64,000 nt of DNA, taken from the NCBI GenBank assembly GCA_963850305.1, contig CAWKKR010000005.1, positions 64,001-128,000 on the forward strand, given 5' to 3'. Below, in pieces: positions 32,124 through 41,586 of this stretch; position 1 is the stretch's first letter; each line of letters starts with the position of its first letter. The translations under genes were made by a program, and so were the position numbers. Source of the stretch: an uncultured delta proteobacterium. GTDB taxonomy: Bacteria > Myxococcota_A > Polyangia > Polyangiales > Polyangiaceae. The notes below the pieces were generated by a model. It searched no databases and had not been told where the DNA came from. It saw only the letters and a program-made list of their open reading frames with translations.

Positions 32124-32534
32124 TGTACTGTCATCACACCGGTTTTCACCCGGTCCGAGCCGCTGTGTCGCGTGCACTGTGGACGCGAAGCCCCCGTCGC
32201 TTGGCGTTCGGGCTCTGCGATACGCGAACGAGCCGAGATGCGCCTGAGGGTGCGTCTGGGAACGTTCGGGCGAGATCTCCCTGTCGTCTACCGTGCTTGA
32301 GCCGTGTAAACGCCGTGTGAGAGCCGTGCCAAATGCCGGCACGTAACCTCGTCCCGCGATTTCGTGTGCAAGTTGCGAGCGCGGTCCCGGTTGTGGCTCC
32401 ATGCCTCGGTCCCTATCTTTCTAAGTTGCGGTTATCACAGTGGGATTTTCTGCCGTTCGGGCTCTGCCACGCCCCGTTGCGCACGAGAGTTCGCGTTTCG
32501 TCTGCCCGTAGCTCTGACGTTCCGCCAACCTTAG

Positions 32535-33975
32535 CACTACTGCCAGGAAGTTTTCCATCGGTCGAGTTTCGTGAGACGGGGCTGTCATGGCCCAAAAAGT
32601 CTCGGAAATCGCAGCAGCGGCTCGGCTTGAACAGTTCTTCGGCCGCATCGGCACTCACCTGAAGGACTGGCGGAAGCGAGAGTCGTTCGCGATGTACGCT
32701 TTCGGCATCCTTGGAGACGGCGAGCGTAAGAGCGCGGAGCCGATCGCGGCGCGGGCGTGCGCGGACCCGAGCCAGACGAACAACGTGCACAGCAAGCTCT
32801 GCTACTTCCTCGGCAAGAGCGAGTGGGACGACCGAGAGGTCCGGCTGGAGGCCGCTCGGTACGCGATCGACACGGTCCAGAAGCGCGAGCCGATCACGAC
32901 CTGGATCATTGACGACACGGGCTTTCTCAAGCAGGGAACGCATTCCGTTGGCGTGCAGCGGCAGTACACGGGCTCGGCGGGTAAGATCACGAACTGTCAG
33001 ATCGGGGTGAGCCTCGCGGTGGCCACGAGCACCGAGCAGATCCCCGTCGATTTCGATCTCTACCTTCCGAAGACGTGGGCCGAGGATCCGGCGCTTCGAG
33101 CTGAGGCGAAGATCCCGGACACGGTCACATTCAAGACGAAGATCCAGCTGGCGCTGGAGATGATCGAACGGGCCGCGCTTGCCGAGCTCCCGGGGGAGAT
33201 CATTCTTGCCGACGGAGCGTACGGCGACAGCTCCGATTTCAGGAACACCATCCGCTCGCTGGGATTCGACTTCGGCGTCGGCATCCAGTCGACCGTGCGC
33301 GTGGTGCGGCTCGATCTTCTCGATCGAGCTCGCGGCGACACGACCACCGTCCTCGATCTGGTAACGACGCTCGGTCGGAAGGCCTTCCGAAAGATCACCT
33401 GGCGTCACGGATCGAAGGCGAAACTGAGCTCGCACTTCTGCTTCGTGCGCGTGAAGACCATGCATGACGACGGGCTCACCGTTGCCGATCGAGAGCCGCT
33501 CTGGCTCGTAGCCGAGTGGCTCGACGGTGAGGACAAGCCCACGAAATTTACGCTCACCACGCTGCCGCGGCGCATGAGCCGGAAGCAGATCGTCAGGATT
33601 TTCAAGGAGCGTTGGCGCACCGAGCGCATGTACGAGGACCTCAAGGGCGAGCTCGGACTCGACCACTTCGAAGGTCGATCGTTCCCCGGTTGGCACCATC
33701 ACGTCTCCGTCGTCTTATGTTGCTACGCCTTCGTCGTTGCCGAGCGCGTCAGCGCTTTTCCCCCCTCGGCCGGAAGGCGCCGTCCCGACCGTCAGATCTC
33801 CGTCGCGGCCTGAGCGACACTTCGCCGACTCCTTCATCACCGCCCGCCTCGCCATCGCCCTCTTCCTCACCCGCTGGCTCCCACGCTGCCCCTTCTGCCA
33901 CCGCCCCCATGCCCCATCACGATGCCCGCAGGAGCAATCTACCCGTGCCGCATGACGGAATCTCTGGCAGTAGTG
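32535..33975 (+). mobile_element. IS701-family insertion sequence
   Basis: 12-bp perfect IRs cactactgccag (32535-32546) and ctggcagtagtg (33964-33975). TTAG duplicated at 32531-32534 and 33976-33979. Confidence 0.93.
32587..33813 (+). CDS. IS701-family DDE transposase
   Basis: WIIDDTGFLKQGTHSVGVQRQYTGSAGKITNCQ, ILADGAYG, RWRTE..LGLDHFEGRSFPGWHHH. Confidence 0.95.
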   Translation: MAQKVSEIAAAARLEQFFGRIGTHLKDWRKRESFAMYAFGILGDGERKSAEPIAARACADPSQTNNVHSKLCYFLGKSEWDDREVRLEAARYAIDTVQKREPITTWIIDDTGFLKQGTHSVGVQRQYTGSAGKITNCQIGVSLAVATSTEQIPVDFDLYLPKTWAEDPALRAEAKIPDTVTFKTKIQLALEMIERAALAELPGEIILADGAYGDSSDFRNTIRSLGFDFGVGIQSTVRVVRLDLLDRARGDTTTVLDLVTTLGRKAFRKITWRHGSKAKLSSHFCFVRVKTMHDDGLTVADREPLWLVAEWLDGEDKPTKFTLTTLPRRMSRKQIVRIFKERWRTERMYEDLKGELGLDHFEGRSFPGWHHHVSVVLCCYAFVVAERVSAFPPSAGRRRPDRQISVAA

Positions 33976-34168
33976 TTAGCGGGATAAGGTTAGAGCGTGT
34001 CAGATAGGCGGGGTGCGGGGCGACGCCTACGTTCCGAGAGGGGGACATTACTGGACACGCCGTGGTGGCGAAGCAGCATTTCGCGTGAGAATCCCGGACG
34101 TTTGATCGAACTACCGAGGACGCGCCGCTGGCGTGCGTAGTCGATCGCGTCGCGCTAGCGTGGACCGC

Positions 34169-34804
34169 ATGCGGGAAAAGGCGAAGCTAGATGGCGGCAC
34201 CAAAACCCGGCTCTCGTCGCGCGAGGAGCTGGAGAGGTTGTTCGAACGGCACTTCGGGCAGGCATGGGACGCATCTACGAGGGAGCAGGTTCTTTCCGCC
34301 GTCCGCATACGCAAGGACGGCTTCCTCGTGCTCCGTGAAATCGAACGCGTCGTTGCCGGCGCCACGGCACTCATGCGCATGTTGGACGGCGTGCCTCCCC
34401 CCGGCAAGGAGCCGCGGTCGGTTTTCGGCGGCGATCGAAAGCGCAGCCAGGGCTTCCTGATGGTGTGGGCGTTTGAGGAAGGCCTCGTGCCGTTCGCGTC
34501 CGACCCTGTCTCAGTCTCACCCCGGATGCTCGCCGTCGTTAGCATGCTCATGGGGTACGAGCCTGACTCCCTCAAGGAAGGCGTTTTTCAGAGAGCCGAG
34601 GAGCGCATGGAGAAGACTCGCCAACGATACCGGCGGGGGCGCGCTCCGACGACTCCGGAAACCAAGCAACTCGTTGCTCAGGCTGATGCGTTGCGTGCCC
34701 TCGAAGGGCCAGCGCGCCAAGCGCTCGACACCCTCATGCAGATGTTCGGGGGGACGATTCACCAGAGCGAAAGTGTCCCTGTAGGGACAGTTTCTCAGAG
34801 CTGA
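34169..34804 (+). CDS. Hypothetical protein of the tRNA-Val element
   Basis: 211-aa ORF with protein-like composition, upstream of the xis/int pair. Confidence 0.55.
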   Translation: MREKAKLDGGTKTRLSSREELERLFERHFGQAWDASTREQVLSAVRIRKDGFLVLREIERVVAGATALMRMLDGVPPPGKEPRSVFGGDRKRSQGFLMVWAFEEGLVPFASDPVSVSPRMLAVVSMLMGYEPDSLKEGVFQRAEERMEKTRQRYRRGRAPTTPETKQLVAQADALRALEGPARQALDTLMQMFGGTIHQSESVPVGTVSQS

Positions 34805-34850
34805 ACCGTCATCTTTCGCGCTACGCCGAGCATGGCGAGAATGCTCGTCG

Positions 34851-35573
34851 ATGGCGCACGACGAGCAGAAACGGGACGGGACGCAGTTCGCGTTCATCCG
34901 CGCGACCGATATCCCGCGCGAGGACGTGGATGAGGGCTGGCGAGACCGGATGGCGCGTCGAGTCGCCACCCCCGCGCCCTCGCAATCGTCGTCATCGACA
35001 AGCTCACCGAGTTCAAGCTGCTCGGGCGGCAGCGACGGCCCGAGGAGCGATGGCGAGTCGACACAACCCGGGTCCGCAAGGGGTCAACTCGTCGTTGCCG
35101 TCGTGGACGGCATCCGGACGGAGTTCGTTCTCGGCGCGCGCCGCGTACTGACGTCGCGAGAAGCTGCTGCCTACTGTGGCTTCGAGACCACCGGCGCGAT
35201 CCGCAAGGCGAAATCGGAGGGACGTCTCGTTCCCGTCGGGCGCCGCGGAGGGACGGGAACGTGGATGTTTGCGATCGAAGAGCTCGATCGCTTTCTGCGC
35301 GGGGATCCGCCTGGTACGGTCACCTTGGATCGTCCGCGTTTGCCCCTCATCACAGGAGCAAATCATGGACAAGGTGAAGTGGAAGAATCGTTGGAACAGC
35401 CTGGTCGCCCCGACGGGGCGCCGCGGCATCTGGAAAGAAAGGAAGGAGGTCATCTAGTGCGAGCCCGAGCAGTCGATCCAGCACGGGGCGCACGAAAGAG
35501 ATCCGAAAGGTGCTGCCGCTCGCGGACGAAGCGACGGCGTACCAGTGGCTGGAGGAGCAGCGAGCACTCCTGA
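34851..35573 (+). CDS. Excisionase/MerR-like HTH protein (ends uncertain)
   Basis: VLTSREAAAYCGF..AIRKAKSEGRL..GTWMFAIEELDRFL at ~35145-35300, directly before the integrase. Confidence 0.7.
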   Translation: MAHDEQKRDGTQFAFIRATDIPREDVDEGWRDRMARRVATPAPSQSSSSTSSPSSSCSGGSDGPRSDGESTQPGSARGQLVVAVVDGIRTEFVLGARRVLTSREAAAYCGFETTGAIRKAKSEGRLVPVGRRGGTGTWMFAIEELDRFLRGDPPGTVTLDRPRLPLITGANHGQGEVEESLEQPGRPDGAPRHLERKEGGHLVRARAVDPARGARKRSERCCRSRTKRRRTSGWRSSEHS

Positions 35574-36695
35574 AGTCTGGCCAAGTGGCGGCCCCGCCAC
35601 TGCAGGCTGCACTTCGGAGAATTCGCAGCCTTGCTGATGGAGCGGAAGCTCGCCGCGGGAATCGATCCGCGGCAAGCAGGGGAGAAATCGCTGGAAGTCC
35701 ACCCTCGTGCACCTCGTCGACGGAATCCGTGATTCCGACGGCAAGGTGGCGGTGCATGGCTTCGGCGAGATCTACCTCGACCGGATCCGCGTCGGGCACA
35801 TCGAGCAGTGGAAGGCGGACGTCGGCAAGCTCATCCAGAAGCAGGCCGTTTCGCTCCGACGACCACGAACTCGTGGCTCGCGCATCTTGCGCACCATCAT
35901 GAGGGCGGCGAAGCGGGAGTTCGAGCTTCCGCGGCTCGTCACCGAGGGCGTCACCGACTTCGATTTGTCGACGCACGTCGTCTACACAGAGGAGTCACCG
36001 AACGCGCTCGCGCCCGAGCAGGTACCGGAGTTTCTGAATCGCATGCGGGAGATGTTCCCCCAGCACTTCGCGATGGTGTTTCTCGGTTTCGCCACCGGGT
36101 TACGTCCGTCGTCGCTTCGCCCTCTGCGGCGCAGCGGCCCCTCGGCAGACGTGCAATGGGACGAAGGACCGGATCCTCGTCCGACGCTCGCAAACGGGCC
36201 CGAACGAGGTGAAGGAGACCACCAAGCAGAAGGTCCGGTATCGGATCGAGGTGCCGCCGAGGTGATGAAGGTGCTCCGGTGGCACGTCCAGACGCAGCTC
36301 GACACGCCGGAGCAGCAGGAGTCAGAACTCCTGTTTCCGTCCGTGAAGGGCAGCTTCCGGGCGGTGACGTCGCTCTGCAAGCCGTTCGCGGCGGTCGCGA
36401 AGGACATCAAGTTGCCCTTCCCGTTTTCGCCGCGGGGGATGAGGAGGACGTTCAACGACCTGGCGCGTGCTTCGAACGTCGAGGCCATCGTGACGCGCTC
36501 GATCAGCGGGCACTTAACCGAAGAAATGCAGAACCACTACAGCACGGTCCGGGGACCCGAGCAGCGCGACGGGATCGCGCGCGTGGTGGACCTCATGACC
36601 GCCCCGTCAGAAGGCGCCGAGTGGTACTCAAAGTGGTACTCAAGGCGATTTGGCACCCCGAAAGTGGTACTCAAGAGCGCCCGACGATTCACTAA
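35365..36695 (+). CDS. Tyrosine integrase, multiple apparent frameshifts; 3' end uncertain
   Basis: aggag RBS then ATG at 35365. Catalytic motifs ATGLRPSSL, RGMRRTF, SGH..MQNHYS. Adjacent to the tRNA-Val 3' end. Confidence 0.85.
36620..36674 (+). repeat. Three AGTGGTACTCAA direct repeats (putative integrase arm sites)
   Basis: Copies at 36620, 36632 and 36663, between the integrase catalytic Tyr and the tRNA. Confidence 0.75.
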
Positions 36696-36708
36696 CTGGC
36701 AGGATTTC

Positions 36709-36783
36709 TGGTGGGCGCAGCAGGGATCGAACCTGCGACTTCGACCGTGTGAAGGTCGCACTCTACCGCTGAGTTATGCGCCC
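36709..36783 (-). tRNA. tRNA-Val(CAC)
   Basis: GGGCGCATAACTCAGCGGTAGAGTGCGACCTTCACACGGTCGAAGTCGCAGGTTCGATCCCTGCTGCGCCCACCA, with encoded CCA. Confidence 0.97.
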
Positions 36784-36879
36784 GGATGCGGACGCCGGGC
36801 GGAAGCCCGGCTGAGGAAACGCTTTTTAGCCCGTGGTTCTGGGTTCCGCAATCGCGGACGTCTGATATATGTCGCCGCG

Positions 36880-37560
36880 TTGGAAACGGACATTCGCGCT
36901 CGTCGCCGGGACCGCTGGATGGGGCTTCTCATCGTCGGGACGGCATTCGTCGCGGCACTGTCGGTCTCGTGGTGGGCGCGCGGCAAGGCAGCGCCGGAGG
37001 AGGAAGGGCCGCCCGCGCCGCCGACGACCGAGGGCGTCGTTGGGTACCCGCACGCAGTGGACGCGATCGCGACGCTCGAGACGGCACGGGGGATGACCAA
37101 GCGCGCGGACCTCCGCGGCATCGCACTTTACGGCGTGGCGAGCAACGGGATGGTGGACGTGTCCGTGCCCGGGCACCGCATCCGGTTTGCGTTCTCGAGC
37201 GCTCGCGGGGAAGGGCCGCAGCCTCCGCACCCGCCCGGGACGCTCGCGCGACATGCGTTTTGCGGGCGGCAGAATATCCACGTTCGTCCGGACGGCATCG
37301 TCGCGGATCCGGATCAGGCGACGGCACCGTGTTCGCCCCTGGGCGAGCCGCTTCCGGAGCCCCGTTGCGGTCCCAAAGAAGTCTGGCAAGTGGCCGTGCG
37401 TCACGGTGTTCCCACCAATCGCCCCGCGAACATCGATTACTTCCGGTCGGTGGCGGGTCCCGCGTGGCGGTTCAATCAAATCGGATCCGCGCCGTTCGTG
37501 CTCTACGGGGATTGCGTGCGTGAGCTCACGGGCAGGGACGTGTTCGGGTCGGTCCCCTGA
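36880..37560 (+). CDS. Hypothetical membrane-anchored protein
   Basis: TM segment WMGLLIVGTAFVAALSVSWW then a Cys-containing domain. TTG or ATG start. Confidence 0.7.
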   Translation: METDIRARRRDRWMGLLIVGTAFVAALSVSWWARGKAAPEEEGPPAPPTTEGVVGYPHAVDAIATLETARGMTKRADLRGIALYGVASNGMVDVSVPGHRIRFAFSSARGEGPQPPHPPGTLARHAFCGRQNIHVRPDGIVADPDQATAPCSPLGEPLPEPRCGPKEVWQVAVRHGVPTNRPANIDYFRSVAGPAWRFNQIGSAPFVLYGDCVRELTGRDVFGSVP

Positions 37561-38186
37561 TCCGCTCCGACGCCGGCGGTGCGACGGATCTCGCGAAAGA
37601 GGTCCGCATGAGTTTGTCGGTCCGACTCCGAAAAGCCGATGACTCGCTTGCCGGCAGAGGCGACGAGCCTGGCGAGCGCAGGCTTTCGCGCGGACGCCGC
37701 GAGCTTGTCGAGCTTCGTCGCGACGACGATCGCGTTCACCGTCGGTCGCGAGACGCTTGCAGGGGAAGCAATCAGATCGAGCAGTCCCTGGTCGTCCTCC
37801 TCGATCCCTCGGCGAACATCGACGAGCAACACGACCGCGCGCAGGGTGGCTCGTCCGAGCAGGTAGTCTTCGATGAACCCGGCCCACGCGGCGCGCTCGG
37901 TCTTCGATCGCTTGGCGTACCCGTAGCCCGGCAAATCGACGAACGTCATGAGCGCGGCGTCGCTGGTCCTCGCCTCGAAGATCACGAGCTCGCGCGTGCA
38001 CCCGGGCGTCGAGCTCGTGCGCGCGAGCCCCTTGCGTTCGAGGAGCGCGTTCAGGAGCGTGCTCTTTCCGACGTTCGAGCGCCCGGCGAAGGCGATCTCG
38101 ACGCCGGTGGGCGGCGGTAAGAGCCGCGCTTCGGGCGCGCTCGCGACGAAACGGGCAGACGCGATGCGCTGAGCCGGCAGGGTCAT
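37503..38186 (-). CDS. engB: Ribosome biogenesis GTPase YihA/YsxC
   Basis: EIAFAGRSNVGKSTLLN, ARTSSTPGCT, FVDLPGYGYAK, ATKLDK. Confidence 0.95.
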   Translation of the reverse strand: MTLPAQRIASARFVASAPEARLLPPPTGVEIAFAGRSNVGKSTLLNALLERKGLARTSSTPGCTRELVIFEARTSDAALMTFVDLPGYGYAKRSKTERAAWAGFIEDYLLGRATLRAVVLLVDVRRGIEEDDQGLLDLIASPASVSRPTVNAIVVATKLDKLAASARKPALARLVASAGKRVIGFSESDRQTHADLFREIRRTAGVGADQGTDPNTSLPVSSRTQSP

Positions 38187-38203
38187 CGCGCGACTCTAGC
38201 GCG

Positions 38204-38779
38204 TCAGCCGGACTTCCGCTCGCCGGCGTCCCTCGGGGCCTCCGCCTTCGCGAGCGGCGCGGCTCGAACAAGGTCTCCGACCTTCGCGAGCGTGCCCGCG
38301 TCGAGCTCCGGGGCGAGCTTCGCGAGGCGGTCGATGAGGTCACGCGTGCCGAAGTACGCCCCGGCGCACGTCAGATGAATCGTCCCGATCGGGTTGACCC
38401 GGCCTTCTTCGAACATCTGGAGACGCAGGCGATAGGAGTCCTTCGCGATGGGCTCCCGGCACGAGCGGCACGTCGCGCGACCCGAGCTCGCCCGCTCGAT
38501 GCCCGCGAGCCGCGGCAACCTGTGGTGAGCGACGCCGAACTCCGCGGTCGTTCTGAGCCACTCGCGGTCATCGATCTGCCCTGCGGCGTCGAGGACCGGC
38601 AAGAGCCTCTCGGGGCGCATCAAGGCCGCGCAGGGTACGTGAAACCAGCTCTGCGCTTCGCCCTCGGCGTACGGGTTCGCGAAGCTCTCGCCGAAGCGGA
38701 GCTCGCCCTTGGCGATGGGTCGTCCGCAGCCGCGACATTTGGCGCGGCCGCTCGGTGCTGGAGCGAGGACGTCGGGCAC
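38204..38779 (-). CDS. Protein with two PARP-type zinc fingers
   Basis: APSGRAKCRGC..IAKGELR..WFHVPC and ASSGRATCRSC..IAKDSYR..IHLTC. Confidence 0.85.
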   Translation of the reverse strand: MPDVLAPAPSGRAKCRGCGRPIAKGELRFGESFANPYAEGEAQSWFHVPCAALMRPERLLPVLDAAGQIDDREWLRTTAEFGVAHHRLPRLAGIERASSGRATCRSCREPIAKDSYRLRLQMFEEGRVNPIGTIHLTCAGAYFGTRDLIDRLAKLAPELDAGTLAKVGDLVRAAPLAKAEAPRDAGERKSG

Positions 38780-38839
38780 GTCGAAATTGAAGCGCGTACC
38801 GTCATTGCGGTCAACTTCGGCGAGCATCGGGGTCGGGTG

Positions 38840-40447
38840 TCACCCATGGGCACGACGTCGCGACGCGGTTGCGAGGATTGCTCGCAGTTCCTCGCTGCCG
38901 AGGGCGCGTGCGGCCAGCAGGAACACGACGACGAAGACGATGGCGCTTGCGGCGCCCGGGAGCGCCGATGAAAAGGGGAACATCGCCGTGGCGATCCTGA
39001 CGGTGTGCGCCGTCGCGATGCCGGCCAGCGCGCCGGTGATGCCGGCACCGAGCGTGCGCGCCGCGGAAGTACCAATCTCGCGGAAGCGAAGGCTGGGGAC
39101 GTGCTTGCCGAGGCGCCACCAGAGGAGCGCCATCTGCACCGCGCTCGATCCGGTCACCGCGAGGCTGATCCCGACGTGTCCGAGTCTGCCCCGCAGGCCG
39201 ATCGCGAGCGCGATGAACGCGGCGAGATCGATGAGCGAGACGATGACGGGCGTCCGCGTGTCGCCGACCGCGAAGTACACGGCGACGAGCTGACGCACCA
39301 TGGCGACCATCCAGATGCCGAGCCCCTGGGCAACGAGTGCGCGCGCGGTTTCGTGGACCGCGTGCGCGCCGAACTCGCCCCGCTGGAACAGTAGCGCGAC
39401 GACGGGCTCCGAGAGACCGACCATGAGCGTGGTCGCGGCGATGGCGACGAACAGCGTGAGTCGCACCCCGAAGGCATACGTCGCCTCGAGTTCCGCGCGG
39501 TCCCCGCGAGCCGCGAGGGCCGCGAGACTCGGCAATGCCGCGGTCTGGATGGCCATGACGAAGATCCCCTGCGGGAAGTCGCATAGCCGGAGCGCGAAGC
39601 CGAAGTAGGTCTGGGCGCCGACGCCGAGCTCGGAGAGAAAGCGCCGGGCGATGACAACGTCGACCAGGTAGATGCCGAGTCCGAATACCGTCGGCCCCAT
39701 GCGGCGAAGCGCGTCGCGGACGCCCGGATGACGGAAGTCGAGCCGCGGTCGTTCGAAGAATCCGGTGCGGCGCAGGCTCGGCCATTGCGCGACTACCTGG
39801 AGCGCGCCGCCGACGAGCGCTCCCGCGGCCATCGATAGAATCGGGTCCCGGCCGTGAGCGAGGAGCCACGAGGGGAGGGCGATCGCGAACACGATGCACG
39901 ACACGTTGAGGAGCGCCGGCGCGAACGCCGTGACGGCGAACTCCTTCGCTGAATTGAGCGCCGCGGCGCCGAGGGCGGCGGTGCCCATGAAGAAAATGTA
40001 CGGAAAGAGCCAGCGCGTGAGCGTGACGGTGCGCTCGAGCTGGCCGGGCACGGCGCGGAATCCGCCCGCGAAGAGGTCGACGAGCGGCCCCGCAAAGACG
40101 ACGCCGGCGACGCTGACGACCGCGAGCGTCAGGAGCGACACGCCCCGCGCCGCGGCGAAGAAACGCCGGGCTTCCGCGGCGCCCTGCTGCTCGCGCGTCT
40201 TCGTGAGGACGGGGAGCACGGCGGTCTGGACGGCGCCCTCGGCGAGCAACTGTCGCAGCGTGTTCGGGATCGTGAACGCGACCATGAACGCGTCGGTGGC
40301 GCCGCGAGTGAAGAGCGCCGCGAGCGCGAGATCGCGGCCGAGTCCGAGCACGCGGCTCGTCAGGGTGCCGAGCGCGACGATGCCCGCTCGGCCCGTGAGC
40401 GCGTGACGTTCTTTCTCGGCGTCGTTCGTCGCGGGGAGGTCGGTCAC
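38840..40447 (-). CDS. murJ: Lipid II flippase MurJ/MviN
   Basis: SRVLGLGRD..DAFMVAFTIPNTLRQLLAEGA, LFQRGEF, YFAVGDTRTP. Confidence 0.95.
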   Translation of the reverse strand: MTDLPATNDAEKERHALTGRAGIVALGTLTSRVLGLGRDLALAALFTRGATDAFMVAFTIPNTLRQLLAEGAVQTAVLPVLTKTREQQGAAEARRFFAAARGVSLLTLAVVSVAGVVFAGPLVDLFAGGFRAVPGQLERTVTLTRWLFPYIFFMGTAALGAAALNSAKEFAVTAFAPALLNVSCIVFAIALPSWLLAHGRDPILSMAAGALVGGALQVVAQWPSLRRTGFFERPRLDFRHPGVRDALRRMGPTVFGLGIYLVDVVIARRFLSELGVGAQTYFGFALRLCDFPQGIFVMAIQTAALPSLAALAARGDRAELEATYAFGVRLTLFVAIAATTLMVGLSEPVVALLFQRGEFGAHAVHETARALVAQGLGIWMVAMVRQLVAVYFAVGDTRTPVIVSLIDLAAFIALAIGLRGRLGHVGISLAVTGSSAVQMALLWWRLGKHVPSLRFREIGTSAARTLGAGITGALAGIATAHTVRIATAMFPFSSALPGAASAIVFVVVFLLAARALGSEELRAILATASRRRAHG

Positions 40448-41149
40448 GGGGTACCTGCGTGCGACCGGAGCGCCTGCTCGACGAGCCCGAGCGCCGCGTC
40501 CACGTCTTCGGGCAAGAGTGCTCCCCGCGCGACGCGCGCGCGCGTCGCGCCGCTCATTCGCAGACGTGCGCCGCCGCAAGCGCGGCACACGAGACCGCCG
40601 CGATCCGCGTCGATCATCGCCGCGCGGCCTGGAGCGCACTGCTTGCCGCAGCGCACGCAGCGCTCGAGTTCGAGGGCCCACCCGAACGCGGCGAGGAGCA
40701 AGAGCCCCTGTTCCGCGAGCACCTGGCGCTGATCGACGGCGACGGCGTCGTTCAGGCGGTCGAGCAACTCGACGAGGGTTCGCCACACGGCGGGCTCCGC
40801 CGTTCGCGCGGGCGTCGCAACGCGGATCCAGCCGAGCGCGCGGCCCGCGGCGTCCATGCGCGCGAGGTTCGACGTGAGCGTGAGCCGTGTCGTCTCCAGC
40901 GCCGCGTCGCGCAGCGGGAACAACTCGCCGGACGCGGGCTCGTCGAACTCGACGCGGACCGTGTGGAAGGGCTCGAGCGCGCCGCCGAAACGCTTCTTGC
41001 TCTTGCGCGCGCCGCGGGCGAGCGCCGACACGCGGCCGAGGGACTCCGTGAACAGCGAGAGGATCGAGATCCGCTTCCCCGTGCTCGATGCGACGGAGCA
41101 GGAACGCACGCGTGCGGTGCGTCTGGCGCGCCGCGCGGCTGCCCCTCAC
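40444..41149 (-). CDS. recO: DNA repair protein RecO; frameshift near 41065
   Basis: AFLLRRIEHGEADL then LFTESLGRVSALARGARKSKKRFGGALEPF; Zn motif CVRC..CRAC. Confidence 0.9.
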
Positions 41150-41574
41150 GCGACGAAGATCGTCGGATCGCCGGGGAGCGACGAGAGCTCTTGCGGCATG
41201 TCGTGGCCGCGCGGCTTCAGCACGATGCTGAGCGCGAGCGTGAACAGGATGAGCAGAAGGACGAACGCAATCGCGACGCCGAACCGACGGCTCCGAGCCG
41301 GCTTGGACGGGCTCGAAATCGGCAACGGCGTGACCCACGCGACGCGCCGGCTCGCGGTATAGCGGGCGAGCACTTCTTCCGTCGAGACGCCGACTGCCCG
41401 CGCGTACGACTTCAGGAAGCCGCGCACGAAGACCTCGCCGGGGAGTTCGTCGAACTGGTTTGCTTCGATCCGCGTCACGCTGTCCATCGGCACGCGCGTC
41501 GAGCGCGCGATCTCTTCCACGCTCATCTGGCGCTCCTCGCGACAGCGACGAAGAAATTGTCCGACGGGTTCCAT
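41146..41574 (-). CDS. RodZ-like HTH_25 membrane protein
   Basis: GQFLRRCREE..IE..FDELPGEVFVRGFLKSYARAVG plus a TM helix. Confidence 0.9.
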   Translation of the reverse strand: MEPVGQFLRRCREERQMSVEEIARSTRVPMDSVTRIEANQFDELPGEVFVRGFLKSYARAVGVSTEEVLARYTASRRVAWVTPLPISSPSKPARSRRFGVAIAFVLLLILFTLALSIVLKPRGHDMPQELSSLPGDPTIFVA

Positions 41575-41586
41575 GTAGCGACGGGT

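Noticed and set aside
26330..32500. Integron cassette array
   Set aside because: No repeated attC-like hairpins or IntI were recognised, and gene orientations are mixed.
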